NCBI RefSeq assembly: GCF_041146345.1
Contig: NW_027191408.1
Span: 992,001 to 1,056,000, forward strand
Direction: 5' to 3'
From: Neodothiora populina
Lineage: Eukaryota
DNA length: 64,000 nt
Shown: piece by piece, positions 38,810 to 50,900 of the stretch
How the letters are laid out: every line of letters begins with the position of its first letter
How positions within the stretch are numbered: the stretch's first letter is position 1
Position numbers and translations under genes: made by a program
Notes under the pieces: generated by a model
The model's input: only the letters and a program-made list of their open reading frames with translations
Told to the model about the DNA's origin: nothing
Databases searched by the model: none

Positions 38810-39948
38810 TCAAATATCTGCGAACCAAGGGTGCTTCAATGCTTGGACCGCTGTGATTCTCTTCACAGGATCAAGATTCATCATGCCTCGAATGATATCT
38901 CTAATGCCTGTGTCTTTGATCTCTTGCCAGTCAGAGAATGGCGAATAATGGCATTGTTCGTCATTTCGATCTTCCCAAAGCATTTGCAAGACTTGGCAGC
39001 TGATCTCATCATCGCAAATATGCTTCATGAGTCCATGAACTCCTTCCCCATTTCCAAAGTAAGAGACTTGTCGTTGCAAGTGGATCAAAGCAGGGAGGGC
39101 GCCCTGTGTTTCATGAAATTTGAAGTCATCATCGATGGCAAAGATGACGCGCTCAAGAATGGCATAGATGCACAGAGGTTGTCAGTAAGCAGACCTCCGT
39201 CTCATGGAAGCAATACGTACTGTTATGCCGAAGGAGAATATATCAGAGGGCTTGTTAAGTTCGCCTTTGCAGTGCCCTTCTGGGCTGCGCCAGCTGTCGT
39301 TGCCTGGCAGCATGCCTTTGATACATCTTCCCACGGGAAGATATGCTGCATTTTCAAGGTCAGTGATTTGGGTATTCTCGATCAACGGTTCCTGTGAATC
39401 GTGTCGGTAGTCGACCAGAACGTTGTCAGGCTTGGTATCTACCTCGTGTTATCATTTATAGTCTCGAGAGCTACAAGAAGGCGACGTTAAAGATTTACCA
39501 AGATGAACGATGTCTTCAGAATGTAATTCGGCAATTCCTTGAAAGCAGCCTTCAATATTCTCCGTTTGACCCGGACGTTGATTTGCTTTTTTATAAGAAA
39601 ATAGAAGTCATCTGTCAAGTATTTGTAGACAAGTATGTTCTCTTGCGGGATGTGGTCAACAGGCCCTCGTATGTGCGGGCTGTGGGGCAGTCGAGGTTGT
39701 ACGTTCTCCTTGGAATTGGTGAAGATATTCTTTGGGACATCCTTCAGAATGTTATGATCTTGTCCAGATCTGTAAGAGTGTCAGTGTGCAAGGAGACAGT
39801 CCACTTAGCCCTGATACCCGGTAGTTGCTAGCCAAACGCGGCCGAAGTCTTCTCTCTCCTGTATGAGCTCCTTGAAATGGTAGTGTCGGCCAGTAGAGCC
39901 CGTCATGTCGAGCGCCCTGGCCATCGTCTTGAGACTTCTTGAAAGCAT
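38810..39948 (-). pseudogene. Fungal protein kinase-like gene with a frameshift and a lost splice acceptor (probable pseudogene, or assembly errors)
   Basis: Kinase motifs GRVWLA, ILKDVP, LVYKYLTDD, IVHLDTKPDNVLV, ITDLENAA, GNDSWRSPEG, KPSDIFSFG, MNLDPVKRITAVQALKHPWF. The frame shifts at ~39541-39543 (ILKAA|QGIAELHSEDIVHL needs one extra base). The third intron ends in CTG rather than CAG (39175-39173). Confidence 0.8.
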
Positions 39949-40256
39949 GACCAAGGGACAAGGCGAATGATAACTCGTCCAAGTAGACTCGAGAACTGAC
40001 ACCCAAGCTGGAATGCACACTCAGGTCGATACTTCAGCTCTGCGCGCGCAATAGTCAGTGGGCATGTCCAGTGATTTATTCGACATGTGCAAGGAGGTTA
40101 AAGCCTTGTACGACTGATGATTGAACGCTAGTGGCTTAAACAACCTGTCTTCATAGTCTCTCTACCGACATGTTGCACTGTAGCAAAGAGATGCACGGCC
40201 AAGAGATGATCAATTTATCTCAACGTACATATACGATCTTCAACGCTGTGTGTTTC

Positions 40257-40375
40257 ACGTACGACCACAGGCAGCTGAGAACTGGGCATCCCGTCCGTTC
40301 TGCCAGACATAAGCAGTTGACCGGCAGATTAGTACTACGGTGGGTGACCACGTGGGAATCCCTGCTGTTGTACGT
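40257..40375 (+). rRNA. 5S rRNA gene (dispersed copy B)
   Basis: 119 nt, 114/119 identical to copy A. Terminal helix ACGTACGAC/GTTGTACGT, TACATATA ~30 nt upstream, TTATTTT shortly downstream. Confidence 0.95.
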
Positions 40376-40421
40376 TGCGTTATTTTGTTCTTGACCGCGT
40401 AGCAAACAAGCGACTGTTATT

Positions 40422-40451
40422 ATACTCCATACTCCATTGAGTATGGAGTAT
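40422..40451. repeat. Perfect 13-bp inverted repeat with a 4-nt loop (ATACTCCATACTC-CATT-GAGTATGGAGTAT)
   Basis: Read directly; the arms are exact reverse complements. Confidence 0.9.
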
Positions 40452-40518
40452 GTGCAATGCAGACGAGAAGGGTAATGTGATTATGATCCCGAACGCAAGT
40501 GTTGTACACATCATCTAT

Positions 40519-42213
40519 CTACCCATCTAGTATCTTTATCATCTCTGCCACGCTCTTGCATTTTTCTCTTTCCTTCCCAGACTCCTGCCCTCTCCTCTTC
40601 TCTTCTTTATCAATAATCTCCCAATCATTCCAGTTTATACTCCTGATGCCTCTTTGATCTGCTTCACTCTTGACATTCTCCCAACCCCCTTTCATGCAGT
40701 CCTGCTCTCGGTCGCCAATGAATTGAGCGCTATCAGCCCAATCTTGAGAAACTGCTTCAGCGGTTGTGAAAGCATCCTCCATAGTACTAGCTATTACACC
40801 AGTCGGTCCTCGTTTGACCCAACCAGCGCAGTACATGCCAGGTACGTGTCCAGCAGTCATGTCGCCAGGACCAAGGGCAGGCGACAAAACACGTCCAGCA
40901 CGATCGTTGGGTATAATGCCCATGCGATCGTCGAATGGGATACCCAGGTCGCTGAAGCCTGAGAGCGGAGTGCTTTTATAGCCGACACTCTTGAAGGCAA
41001 TATCAGCTGGTAAGCTGACCGCGTCCGAATCGTGTGCTTTTTGCACACGCATTGACCGTAAAGCATTGAGATCAGAGAGATCGATTTTGCTCAAGTCGTC
41101 CGAGAAGGTTGTCTGATCGAAGTCGACAGCTCCAAGGCTCGAAGGATCAGTGGAAGAGGGAGAGAAAGAGACAGGTGAGAGCATATATTTGAGCTCCCAT
41201 TCTTTCGCTGCTTGGGACTTCTCTACTGGTGAGCCCTTCTGCAATAGCTGAGCCACCCGCATCAGCTGCCGGGGCAACTTCTTCAGGTTTGAGGTGAGAA
41301 GTAATGATTCGTCAATGCCAGGGAAGGACACGGATGGCAAATGCAACAGCTCCCGGACTTCTTTGATAGTATACGGGGCCTGCAAGGGGCCTCGCCTACC
41401 AACAATCTTGACCCTCTTGACGCGGGATCGGGACAGAGTCGCGAGAGCAGACTCGGTCATATCGGTCTGCTTGAGTTGTTCCAGCGGAGACAGAAGAACA
41501 CGAGCGACATCGAGCGCGACGTTTCCTTGGCCAATAATGACAGCCTCTTCGCTCTCAGATAGAGGGGGGGCCATATCAGCATATTCAGGAAGTCCGTTAT
41601 ACCAGCTTACAAAGGCACGCGCAGAGAGGACGCGATTCAGGCTTTCGCCTGGTATATGCAGCTGGCGATCTTCGGATGCGCCATAAGAAAAAAGCATAGC
41701 GTTATAATGTGGTGCGAGAGTAGAGAGTGGCAATTGATGGGGCTCGTTACCGATACGTGTGTTACCTATGAAAGTGAAAGAAGGGTGATTCGCTATCTCG
41801 GTGAATTTATCTATGCAGTTCTATTATTTCCCTACCTGTATCAGTTTAGTCTTTACTACAGCATGTGACATGCGATCTCTTCTCATGAGGAGGGATATGA
41901 GCCTCACCTTTACTTCTGGATGGTCAGGTGCAACACCGAATCGTACAAGACCATATGGTGTAGGCAAGGCTTCATACATGTCTATACGGGCGTTCGGAAT
42001 ACGCTGGAGCATACGATATGCGGCATAGAAGCCTGCAGGCCCTGACCCAATGATTGCACATCTGAAGTGTCTGTCAATTGATGCTGGCGTGCTGTAGTTC
42101 CGCCTTGCATCTTGCCACGGAAAAGGTTTCCTGCCGGCATTTTTCCGCCCATATGTAAGGCAAGTGTCACTGAGCTGACTGACAGTCCGACGACTGTACG
42201 CTAGTGACCGCAT
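40519..42213 (-). CDS. ARH1: Mitochondrial NADPH:adrenodoxin (ferredoxin) oxidoreductase, ~535 aa; exons 42213-41908, 41820-40519
   Basis: Arg/Ser-rich presequence, AIIGSGPAGFY, PTPYGLVRFGVAPDHPEVK|NC, FSYGASEDRQLHIPGE, SARAFVSWYNGLP, IIGQGNVALDVAR, IVGRRGP, GMYCAGWVKRGPTGVIASTM. Confidence 0.93.
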
Positions 42214-42883
42214 TGTATATGTGACTCGATCGACTTGGGATGAGAGTAAAGTAGTTGTGGCATTCGAGGCAAGATTTTCTCCGTTAGAGTGGGTGGCGGA
42301 AGAGCTACTGCCAATCGATCGGCAATGTCGTTGGACCATTCCGATAAGCGGCCCGGATAAGAGGTCGTTTCTCCACATTCCGTCATACTCCTCTTTGTCC
42401 TTTGCACCACATCTACCGGTCTACTGCTTCAGGTTCAATGCGATACGCCATACAAATATTTCAATCTGGTTGTCAACATTGCCTGGACTTCAAGCCATCG
42501 GTTCTCAGCCTATGTCGCAATCCGGTCTATCCGAAGACCGGATACAGCCCTGCATGTAAGGGGTCGTATTGCTCCTAGAAAAACCTCAAGGTTCAACGTC
42601 CCCCCACAAAAAGTCCCAATCGATAGCGTTGCTATGGCAGACCTGCTTGTTTTGCTGCAACCAACCATGTCCATAGCTACCATGCATCTGTACATAACCT
42701 ACCTCAGTTGTCCTCGTCCTTGAGAGAAAAACGTTTCTTGTCTTCATCTCTTGGGTCAACGTACTTCAGTCCACAATCCGTCCGTTTTGCTATTTCCGTT
42801 GCTCATCGAGCATAATATTCGCGTCTGATTGGCATTCTTCCCTTTGCACATCAACTTTCATTTGGTGGTAGCCGCCGTGCAAG

Positions 42884-44980
42884 ATGGGAATATCCCCACC
42901 ATATATGTATAAACCTCCCTCGCATCAAGGCTCTGCTTTTGACCCGTCTTACGACTTCGATCCAAAGGCCGTCACCCGGGCTAGCTGGACAAGTGTTTCC
43001 TCTCCCAAGCCTAAGCAAAGCGGTCCTCTGATAAATTTCAACAAACACCCCGATAGCTATGTCATTTTACCTTATGGTACCAACGATGCTCCCCCTCTCT
43101 CACCAAGCACAAGAAAATGGATCGTGTCGATACGATGGGTCCAGTTCGGCTTACGCATCGTTCAATTGATCGGCGCTCTGGGCTTGCTGGCCTGCGTCAT
43201 ATGCATCAGAAGCATCAGTGATTCGCTGAGTTGGATAATGAGGATCCCTCCCGCGTGGGATGTCTGTATTGCTACATACGCTATCATTCATCTGTTTCGC
43301 CCCGCTAAGGCCCGCACTCCTATGTCCTCGTCAACTTACCATGCCTTTTGCGTGTTCATGGACTTGGGCCTCATCCCCTTCATGGTACTTACCGCATACT
43401 ATGCAGAGAAGAACAGACAAATGGTCCCGAATAGCGAGGGAAGATGGTCTTCGTTCTTCCATGCTACGGGTGCTACCGAGACGCTCTTGTTTGTGACCTG
43501 GATTGCTGCGACCACTATTGGGGGCCTTCATCTAATCAGCGCATGTATTGACGTCTATCTGGTCGTCATCTTTCGCAAGATCGCCCGCTATCCGCCTGAT
43601 GTCAACCCGCTGGAGGACAACCTCACCAGTCGTCTCGCCACCAAGCACCGATACAAGAACTCTGACCTCAGCATGACATCGGAGAAGAAGTTCGCCAACA
43701 TGAGCGGTAGTACCCTGGCACTAAGCGCGCCAACTTCTTCGAATATCGGCAAAGAAAAGATGCCCGATGTTTCTGCTCAACCAGTCTCTTTCTACCAATC
43801 GCGTACTAGACTCGATCAAACATACTCGGCCCATACGCAAGAGTCCGCACGCGCATCTCGAGACAACATGTATCAACAGTCGCGCTCCGCTAGAACATCT
43901 CACACAGAGGTCAATGGGTTGCCAGTAGCAGCTCGTTACCATTCACAGTCACGCAGTAGATCAAGACCCCGCTCCCACGGTGGTAGTTCTTCCGCCAGCC
44001 ATAACAGAACTTCTCAATCTGGTGCCCAAGAGCCGATGCCAAGTCATCCATCAAGCTATTTGCCCACCTATGAGCGGCCCTCTGGCTCTGGTATGCTTGT
44101 CTCGGAGCATCAAACATCTCTTCCAGCGAACGTAGCCAAAAGCCATCAACATGACTCTTTGCTCAGCGACAATTGGTACGTCATGGCCGATGATGAGTAC
44201 GGGGATCTCTCATCCCCCCACCGTACACCTGTAGAGCCATGGGCCCGCAATTTGGACGAAGATCATGAAACATGTAGGCAAAGAGCTGATCGGCTTGCGC
44301 TCAACAACAGGGGTGAGCAGGGCTTACTTCCTGAGCCCTTGAAGACTCACGCTCCCACCCCACCAGCCCATGCCACTCTTGCACATGAAGGAGGTGGACA
44401 CACCAACGATGAAGCCTTTTACTTCTCAGATACGACCATGTCACCACCAGCCCTCGATGCATATGGTAACTCACATGCCTCAGATGCCGCGTCAATGAAG
44501 TCAGGATCAGAAGCAAACTCCTTACGCAACTCGGAGGGCACTATTGGTCGTGCTTTGACCATCACGTCTGCCATATCCGCCGTCTCGTCTCTCTATTCCC
44601 AAGGCAGTACACCTGATCTAAGCCGCGCTCCTAGTCCGAAGCGGAAGGCTTACGGCAATTTGGCAGAAGCTACCAAGGTCATCCGTGGCTTCTCTGTGGG
44701 GAATGATAGCACCAACACCCATACATCTCCTTTTCGCGGACAATCCAATGATACCAACGATGGCAGCCACAACCTGCAGATGGGCCATGTGAAAGTAGGT
44801 GGTCGGGTAGTCAGTAGGACTGGTGTCGATCTTGTTGATGCAAACGTCATGTACCTTGACAACTCTGGTACAAGAAGTAGACACGTCAGCGGAAAGATCG
44901 CCGAGGAGGGTATGGCTGGTACAAGAAGCTCGTGGTGGAACAGCACCATGAGACAGAGAGAAGTCAGCGGAACTGCCTGA
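42884..44980 (+). CDS. Uncharacterised fungal membrane protein (four N-terminal TM helices, MARVEL-like arrangement, long Ser-rich disordered tail), 698 aa
   Basis: Single 2.1 kb ORF with AAGATGG start. FDPKAVTRASW..GPLINFNKHPDSY precedes hydrophobic segments ending FRKIARYPPDVNPLEDNLTSR. Confidence 0.85.
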   Translation: MGISPPYMYKPPSHQGSAFDPSYDFDPKAVTRASWTSVSSPKPKQSGPLINFNKHPDSYVILPYGTNDAPPLSPSTRKWIVSIRWVQFGLRIVQLIGALGLLACVICIRSISDSLSWIMRIPPAWDVCIATYAIIHLFRPAKARTPMSSSTYHAFCVFMDLGLIPFMVLTAYYAEKNRQMVPNSEGRWSSFFHATGATETLLFVTWIAATTIGGLHLISACIDVYLVVIFRKIARYPPDVNPLEDNLTSRLATKHRYKNSDLSMTSEKKFANMSGSTLALSAPTSSNIGKEKMPDVSAQPVSFYQSRTRLDQTYSAHTQESARASRDNMYQQSRSARTSHTEVNGLPVAARYHSQSRSRSRPRSHGGSSSASHNRTSQSGAQEPMPSHPSSYLPTYERPSGSGMLVSEHQTSLPANVAKSHQHDSLLSDNWYVMADDEYGDLSSPHRTPVEPWARNLDEDHETCRQRADRLALNNRGEQGLLPEPLKTHAPTPPAHATLAHEGGGHTNDEAFYFSDTTMSPPALDAYGNSHASDAASMKSGSEANSLRNSEGTIGRALTITSAISAVSSLYSQGSTPDLSRAPSPKRKAYGNLAEATKVIRGFSVGNDSTNTHTSPFRGQSNDTNDGSHNLQMGHVKVGGRVVSRTGVDLVDANVMYLDNSGTRSRHVSGKIAEEGMAGTRSSWWNSTMRQREVSGTA

Positions 44981-47900
44981 TTGTCGTATGGCTCTACAAC
45001 ATGATCACTTTCTACAGAGTAATCCCGACAGTCTACAATGGGTATTGACATCTGAACGGGGTGACAAACGGGAAGTTGATGCCTTGACTCCCTGATCTGT
45101 CACGCTCACACGTGATTCAACGCATCTCGAGTTTCCACCAAAGTTGACGAACAACAATGTATGGTAATGATCGATGGAGACGATGACTGCAGAAGTCCCT
45201 TGAAGACGCTGGACGCTTCATGGACACTTCTTCTGCGACGAATGATGGATTGAATAGTAATTATGGCGTCACGAAAAGGAATGAAGTTGGATCGATGGGC
45301 AATTGTAGCACTTCTTTTGGCGATGGGATTGGCGTGCGGCTATTGTATAGTTATACGGAGCCCTTTTTGAAATTGAAAAACCTTCTCTTCTTAGGCCACG
45401 GTGCCACATCGTCAATTGGAACGTGAGGAAGAATAGCAGGTCGGGAGAGACAGGAGCAGGAGAAAGAGATATCTGACCAGTTTGAGGCCATGGCTCCATC
45501 AGAGAGATGCAGCAAAAGACTAGGATGAAATGCAGCCGGATAGCAAGGGGAACAGGACTCAACTATGGAGAAATAAAGAAAGCGGGAAGCCAAATGTGTC
45601 AGAAAAGAACAGCAATCACGAAAGTGCAGAGGAGAAAGATACACATAGAAAGAGAGCGGGAAGGTACATTGATCGAAATGGTAGCGGGATGCTTGGGATA
45701 CCTGGGAACCACGAATAGAGCCTGACAAACTACGATCCAAGGATACTGAGAGCGATAAAAGATTGACGGTCGAAGTGTCAGCGGCTCCTGCGTTCTTGAA
45801 TCATGACCCGAATCGACATGGATCCAGTGTGCAGAATGAAGACTGGACAGGGTCGCCGTCAAGGTGCTCAATAAACCATTACGCCTCCGAAGGCCTGGAT
45901 CCAATTGTTTCGCCTTTCTGAATCTGTATATACGTATCAAGGACGAGCTTGAGTTCCACCGGGAGATTGCGTTGAGCATTACTTTTGGCTGGATGAGATT
46001 TGACAAGGAAGTGTTAGATTGAGTGAGAAGTGGATAGGAAGACTACTTGTTTGGCAGAGACTTTCGACGAACACAAGTTTGTGACCCGAGACGAGGCCAC
46101 AGACCAGAATATCGTCGCACAAATCACCACATCACCAACGCTTGACATGCAGACGTCTCAGATACCCAACTTAATCTACCTCACTAACTCACCAAACGAT
46201 GTTCGCGGTCTGGTCAGACGCAGATGTGGGCCACTACATCGAAGATGCGGACAGGGTCGCCCTCCATACAAAGACATTTCCCCATAGTATGCGGTCTAAC
46301 GACGTCTTACCTTTACCCACAGCAAACGGTCGACTGTTACTGTGAACAACGGAGAATCTGACAAGCGGAGAAAATCTCCGTCTTTTTCAGATTAGGCTGC
46401 AACGAGCACGTTTGAACACCACCAAGGAGGCACAGACACTGCTGCCGTTGACGACGATTCCAAATCGTTTCAGGCGTTTTGATCGATCAAGAGATTGGCT
46501 CAACTTGATGAGGCTGAATATGTGAATCAATTTTTGTAGACTGGTATGGTCGAGACTCCTGGCCAAGCTGTACTATGTTGGACAATGCTTGGTGATTCAC
46601 GAGGACCGATGGCTAAACAGGGCCGTACGCAATGCTGCAGCAAGCATTCGACTTCCTCCGATCCAGTGGTGAATCATCACCAAGGATATTCAGAGACACA
46701 TGACTTTCTGACATCACTCTCTAAGGCTTGAATCTTGTTTTGCGACAACCAAACATCGACGAGACATTGAGACACATTGAAATCGCACCCAATAGAGCAT
46801 CCTGGTTGACGAAGTCTTCAAAATCCATAGTCATCGAGACGAGGCCGCTTGATTCCAACACATAGAAAAGCGAGCTTACGTCCGTACGCTATAAAAGTTA
46901 GAGATTGGATAATGGTATGCCTTCCGAACAATTACTGGTACATCCGCAGACAAATCCTCAGGGGGTTTTCCGGCTTTACAACAATAGTAAGGCGAGCCGT
47001 GACCGGAAGAGTTCCGCAGGTCTTACTCGCCATTCTTTACTCCTCTGGGCATAAAAAAGCGTCATCGACCTATGTCCGGACCTCAACGGCGAGCCAGCTG
47101 CGACGTGATGCTTGACCATCGGAAGACGTTCATCAAAGAAGGGTGCGGCGAAAATAGGGAAAAGCACTTTGGTATGACATCGCGACAATTGCACGGCCAT
47201 CAATTCCGGGCGCGAGCAGAGAGTCGTAGCCGCGGACCTGCTTTGCCCCCTGATCAATGTCATCAGGACAAATGCCGTATCCCGTAGATTGGAGCGAAGC
47301 AAAGCTTGTGTGGCATTGCTACATCTAACCATCCAGCGAGTGCTCAGGCTGTTTACAGTATTAAGCTTAACAAGAAGCATCTTCAAACGGTCATGACTGT
47401 TCGAGGTCAGAGGGAACGGAGACAACGCTCGAGATCGATCGAGAATCCGTTTGCAACCCGTCTATCGTAACAGACCTATATCGCAACGCCTTTAAGCACG
47501 AAACACCATATGCCAGACTAAGAACAGCATATGGTCACTGATCCGTTAGGCCGCCCGACTCGAAGAAATTTAGGTATCGACAGGCTACTCAGCCAATAGG
47601 AACATACCATTCCATTACACTCTCAGGGTATCCCTCGGAGCATTGCCGAACCAGAGACCATTGTGAGCAGTCCCTGAGACATCAAGGGCGTGGATACTCT
47701 TAGAGTATCGGAACATGTCTCGACTAGGGCTCAGTCAAGCACGAAGATCTTCCTTTCAAGTATAGTGAGACAACGGTAGCATCATGTGGTCGATCCTTCA
47801 GTGAACAAAGATAGGAAATGCTTCAATCTGTAGTGTAAGTGTCATGTGCAAAAGAATCGTAACAGCACTTAGCAGATCAATCTCACTCGTGACGATGGAA

Positions 47901-50900
47901 CGAGCGACATCCTGGTAGTCATACAAATATAGATCGATTCAATGATCGAGAGCAGTGGTTAGAGTGCAGAGTTTGGCAAATCTTGGATAGGACATAGCGA
48001 TAGTCTGGTTTGACGTCCGCCACAACCGCAATGAAGAGGGTTTCCCCATCTGACAGCACCAAGCTTCTGCCCTGAAATTATTGAGACGGAGTTGAAGACA
48101 TTCGACTCTCAAACAATGGTCGCGCTATCTTTCTATAGCGGATAATGGTTGACGTTCTCGGACGGGCCGGTGTGGAATAAGCCTAAACTCCAACGGCTTT
48201 TCAATATTGAACCCTCATGATTCGATGAACAGTAAGACATGTGTTTCTGAGGTTGGTAATTCGACCTTTCTATTGATAGCATACAGATGGACGAAGAATT
48301 GCTGTAAAAATCCTGCCAACACTGACGCTAGGAATATGGATGGCAGGATGGATGAGAACTAAAGCCATTCTATCGAAGCGTAATGTATCGAGTTACCATG
48401 CTGTCGGCTCATAGTCGGTATATCGTGCCCTTCGTCTATCATGTGTGTATCAGATTAGAGCACGGTATGAGTAAATACGAATGGAATACCTTGAAGCTTT
48501 GGTACACTTGCTTTACTCTATACCACTTTACAACCGCGCATGGACGAGGGTTCATTGCTGAGACCCTTGCCGAGTAGTTGCCATCTACTCCACAACGGTA
48601 GAGTATCTCAATAAGATTCCGCTCCGGGTCGGAGTTTTGTCTGATTTCAGGATATTGTATAGGATAGACGACCATGTCACATAGACTTCAAGACGGAGAA
48701 ATCTAGTGCTGTGACAGGCATCATTATAGTCCTGGTATTATTGCACGTGCAGCAAAGTCACTGCGCCTTTTGTGATCTTGTCACCTGATGCGCATTTCGA
48801 TAGAAATCTGTTGGAGAGACGAGAAACTAATATACACATCCTTAGTACAGTGAAACATAGATGTATGGCTGGGGTTGAGGCCGTGTTAGCGATTAAGCAT
48901 GTAAAATACAAATACCACCTTAAGCGAACAGGTACATCATGATGGTACCTGTCGCGGCACCTCTTGGCGTAGATTGACGAGGGATGCTCAGTGAGGTATC
49001 TATCTGAATGATGACTTCAATACAAGGTACGAGTACTTAATCTTCCGCCTTTCGGATGTCAAGGAAGCAGTAAGCCAACCGGGATGGCTCACGATGCTTG
49101 TAAAAGTCATGTCATGTAGATCGGCCCTGTCAGATTTGGTACTTCGTAGGGTAGGGTGAGGTACCTTTTGGCTTAGACATTCTGTCATTTGACGAGCAGA
49201 ATCGGGACGCGATTGGTGAACCCTAACGCTAATCTGTCGATCATATATCCACCCTTTTCATGACATTTCCTGGATTATAATACAATGTTCAAAGATAAGC
49301 TAGGAGGCGAAAGAAAGACCAAAGAAAGTGTGAAGGCTTGCTCGTTCAGCAGACGCATACATGCAGCTGTCAAAAAATGCAGTCTTCCTTATGGGCTCGT
49401 GCCGGGCACACCGCATGCGCCACACCCGATATTGTACCTTCTGGTTGGGTCTTTCTTTACAACTTGGCCTGTCTACCACACACTTGTTCTCCAGAGACTG
49501 CAGAGGATGATCAAGCCACCTAGGCAAATATGTAGGGATATAACAAGAGTGGGTAACATATACTAAGGCATTGTTCTTTGTATGCTGTAAAGCCATTACT
49601 CGTACGTATAAAGATAAAGGTGGATGTTAGGTGGGGTACTAGCGAGTGAGGTACAGGTCGGGTTCTTCACTACAGGTACAAAGGATCAAAAGTGACGACT
49701 TTCCAAATTGACCATACTCCTGCAACTTACCTTATGGAAGCAAGTGGCTCGCTAGACGGTCGGCATTCGTGATGGCTACAGCAAGACCGAGCAGCTAATA
49801 TTTGGAGCCTGATGATCATTGCATGATGGTCGGATGCAGTGCAAATCTGAATCCACATTTAATATATGCCCTGACAGCACCCGGGCGCAGGCGTCCTCAC
49901 TATGGTTAAAAGAAACCTGCTTTCAGGCATTTGACGAGCTTACTGCGCCACCAGCGCCTGAATAGCACTATGAGTTCCCCACTAGTGTCGAAAGTAGTCG
50001 TCAGGAAGCAAGACGCGCATCACATTACGAGCAGTCGTTCGCTCGATCTGAAGCGCATACTTGTCGAGAGCTTTGCACCTCATCGATCATAGCATGGTGC
50101 GGTGGTGCGATGGTGACACAAGTTAATATTGACCGAGAAACCCACGGGCAGCCTGCAATCGCAACCGAGTCTATGAGCCAATGATAGCCAATGCCAAGTG
50201 AGACATTCTGGAGCAATCACAAGGCTCAATGGCAGCGGGCCGCGACGTTACGAAACTGCTTCGCGATCCACCCAATGTAGACATTCGACCATGGGACAGT
50301 ATGTGTTATTCATCTTGCCCTTAGTAGTCGATTACTTTGAATCATGTGGGCTTGTCACTCTACTCCGATCGTTCTTGATCTGCTTCTGGTCATGTAATAT
50401 CTGTTTCAAAAGTTGCTGGATGATTTGAGAATTGCTGCATGAGATAGTCGCTAAGTTTTGCTTGTTCAGGTCTAGCTGACCATGCCAGCCATGCACTGTC
50501 GTGGTCTTGCAGCATGCAAGCTTAGTCGGGACCGCAGATAGGTTTAGCCAGGACTCATATGTAACGGCGATCCCAGGTCCATCCTGGCTTTTTGTCATTG
50601 AGACGCGTCGATAACTATACGCATTGCGCATTGGCAGCGTCCGGAGACAAGTAGATTGGATGGGCAGAGAGACACAGGGAAGCTATGGGATGCGCTGTAA
50701 CTAAACTATTATCGCGTCAAAGTCGAGCTACGGAAGCAAGAACTAAATCCTGCGCAAGAGGATAAGAGCCGAGCAAGGGGACGATGATGATGACAGTGGA
50801 CAGTCATGATGATCAAGCTGCGGCGTGCTCTCTGAGCCAGATAAGATGACCCTGTCGTTCTCTGTACAGTAGACGAGCATTACGAATAATTGATACTGAT

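Noticed and set aside
20649..40256. Starship or other transposon between the 5S genes
   Set aside because: No DUF3435 tyrosine recombinase, transposase, reverse transcriptase, terminal repeats or target-site duplication was recognised, and both 5S genes are intact.
49211..49234. AACCCTAAC (telomere-template-like) in the loop of a GATTGGTG/CGCTAATC hairpin; possible telomerase RNA
   Set aside because: A 9-mer of this class is expected by chance in a region this size, and another occurs inside the CDS near 62774. I could not identify a pseudoknot or CR4/5 element.
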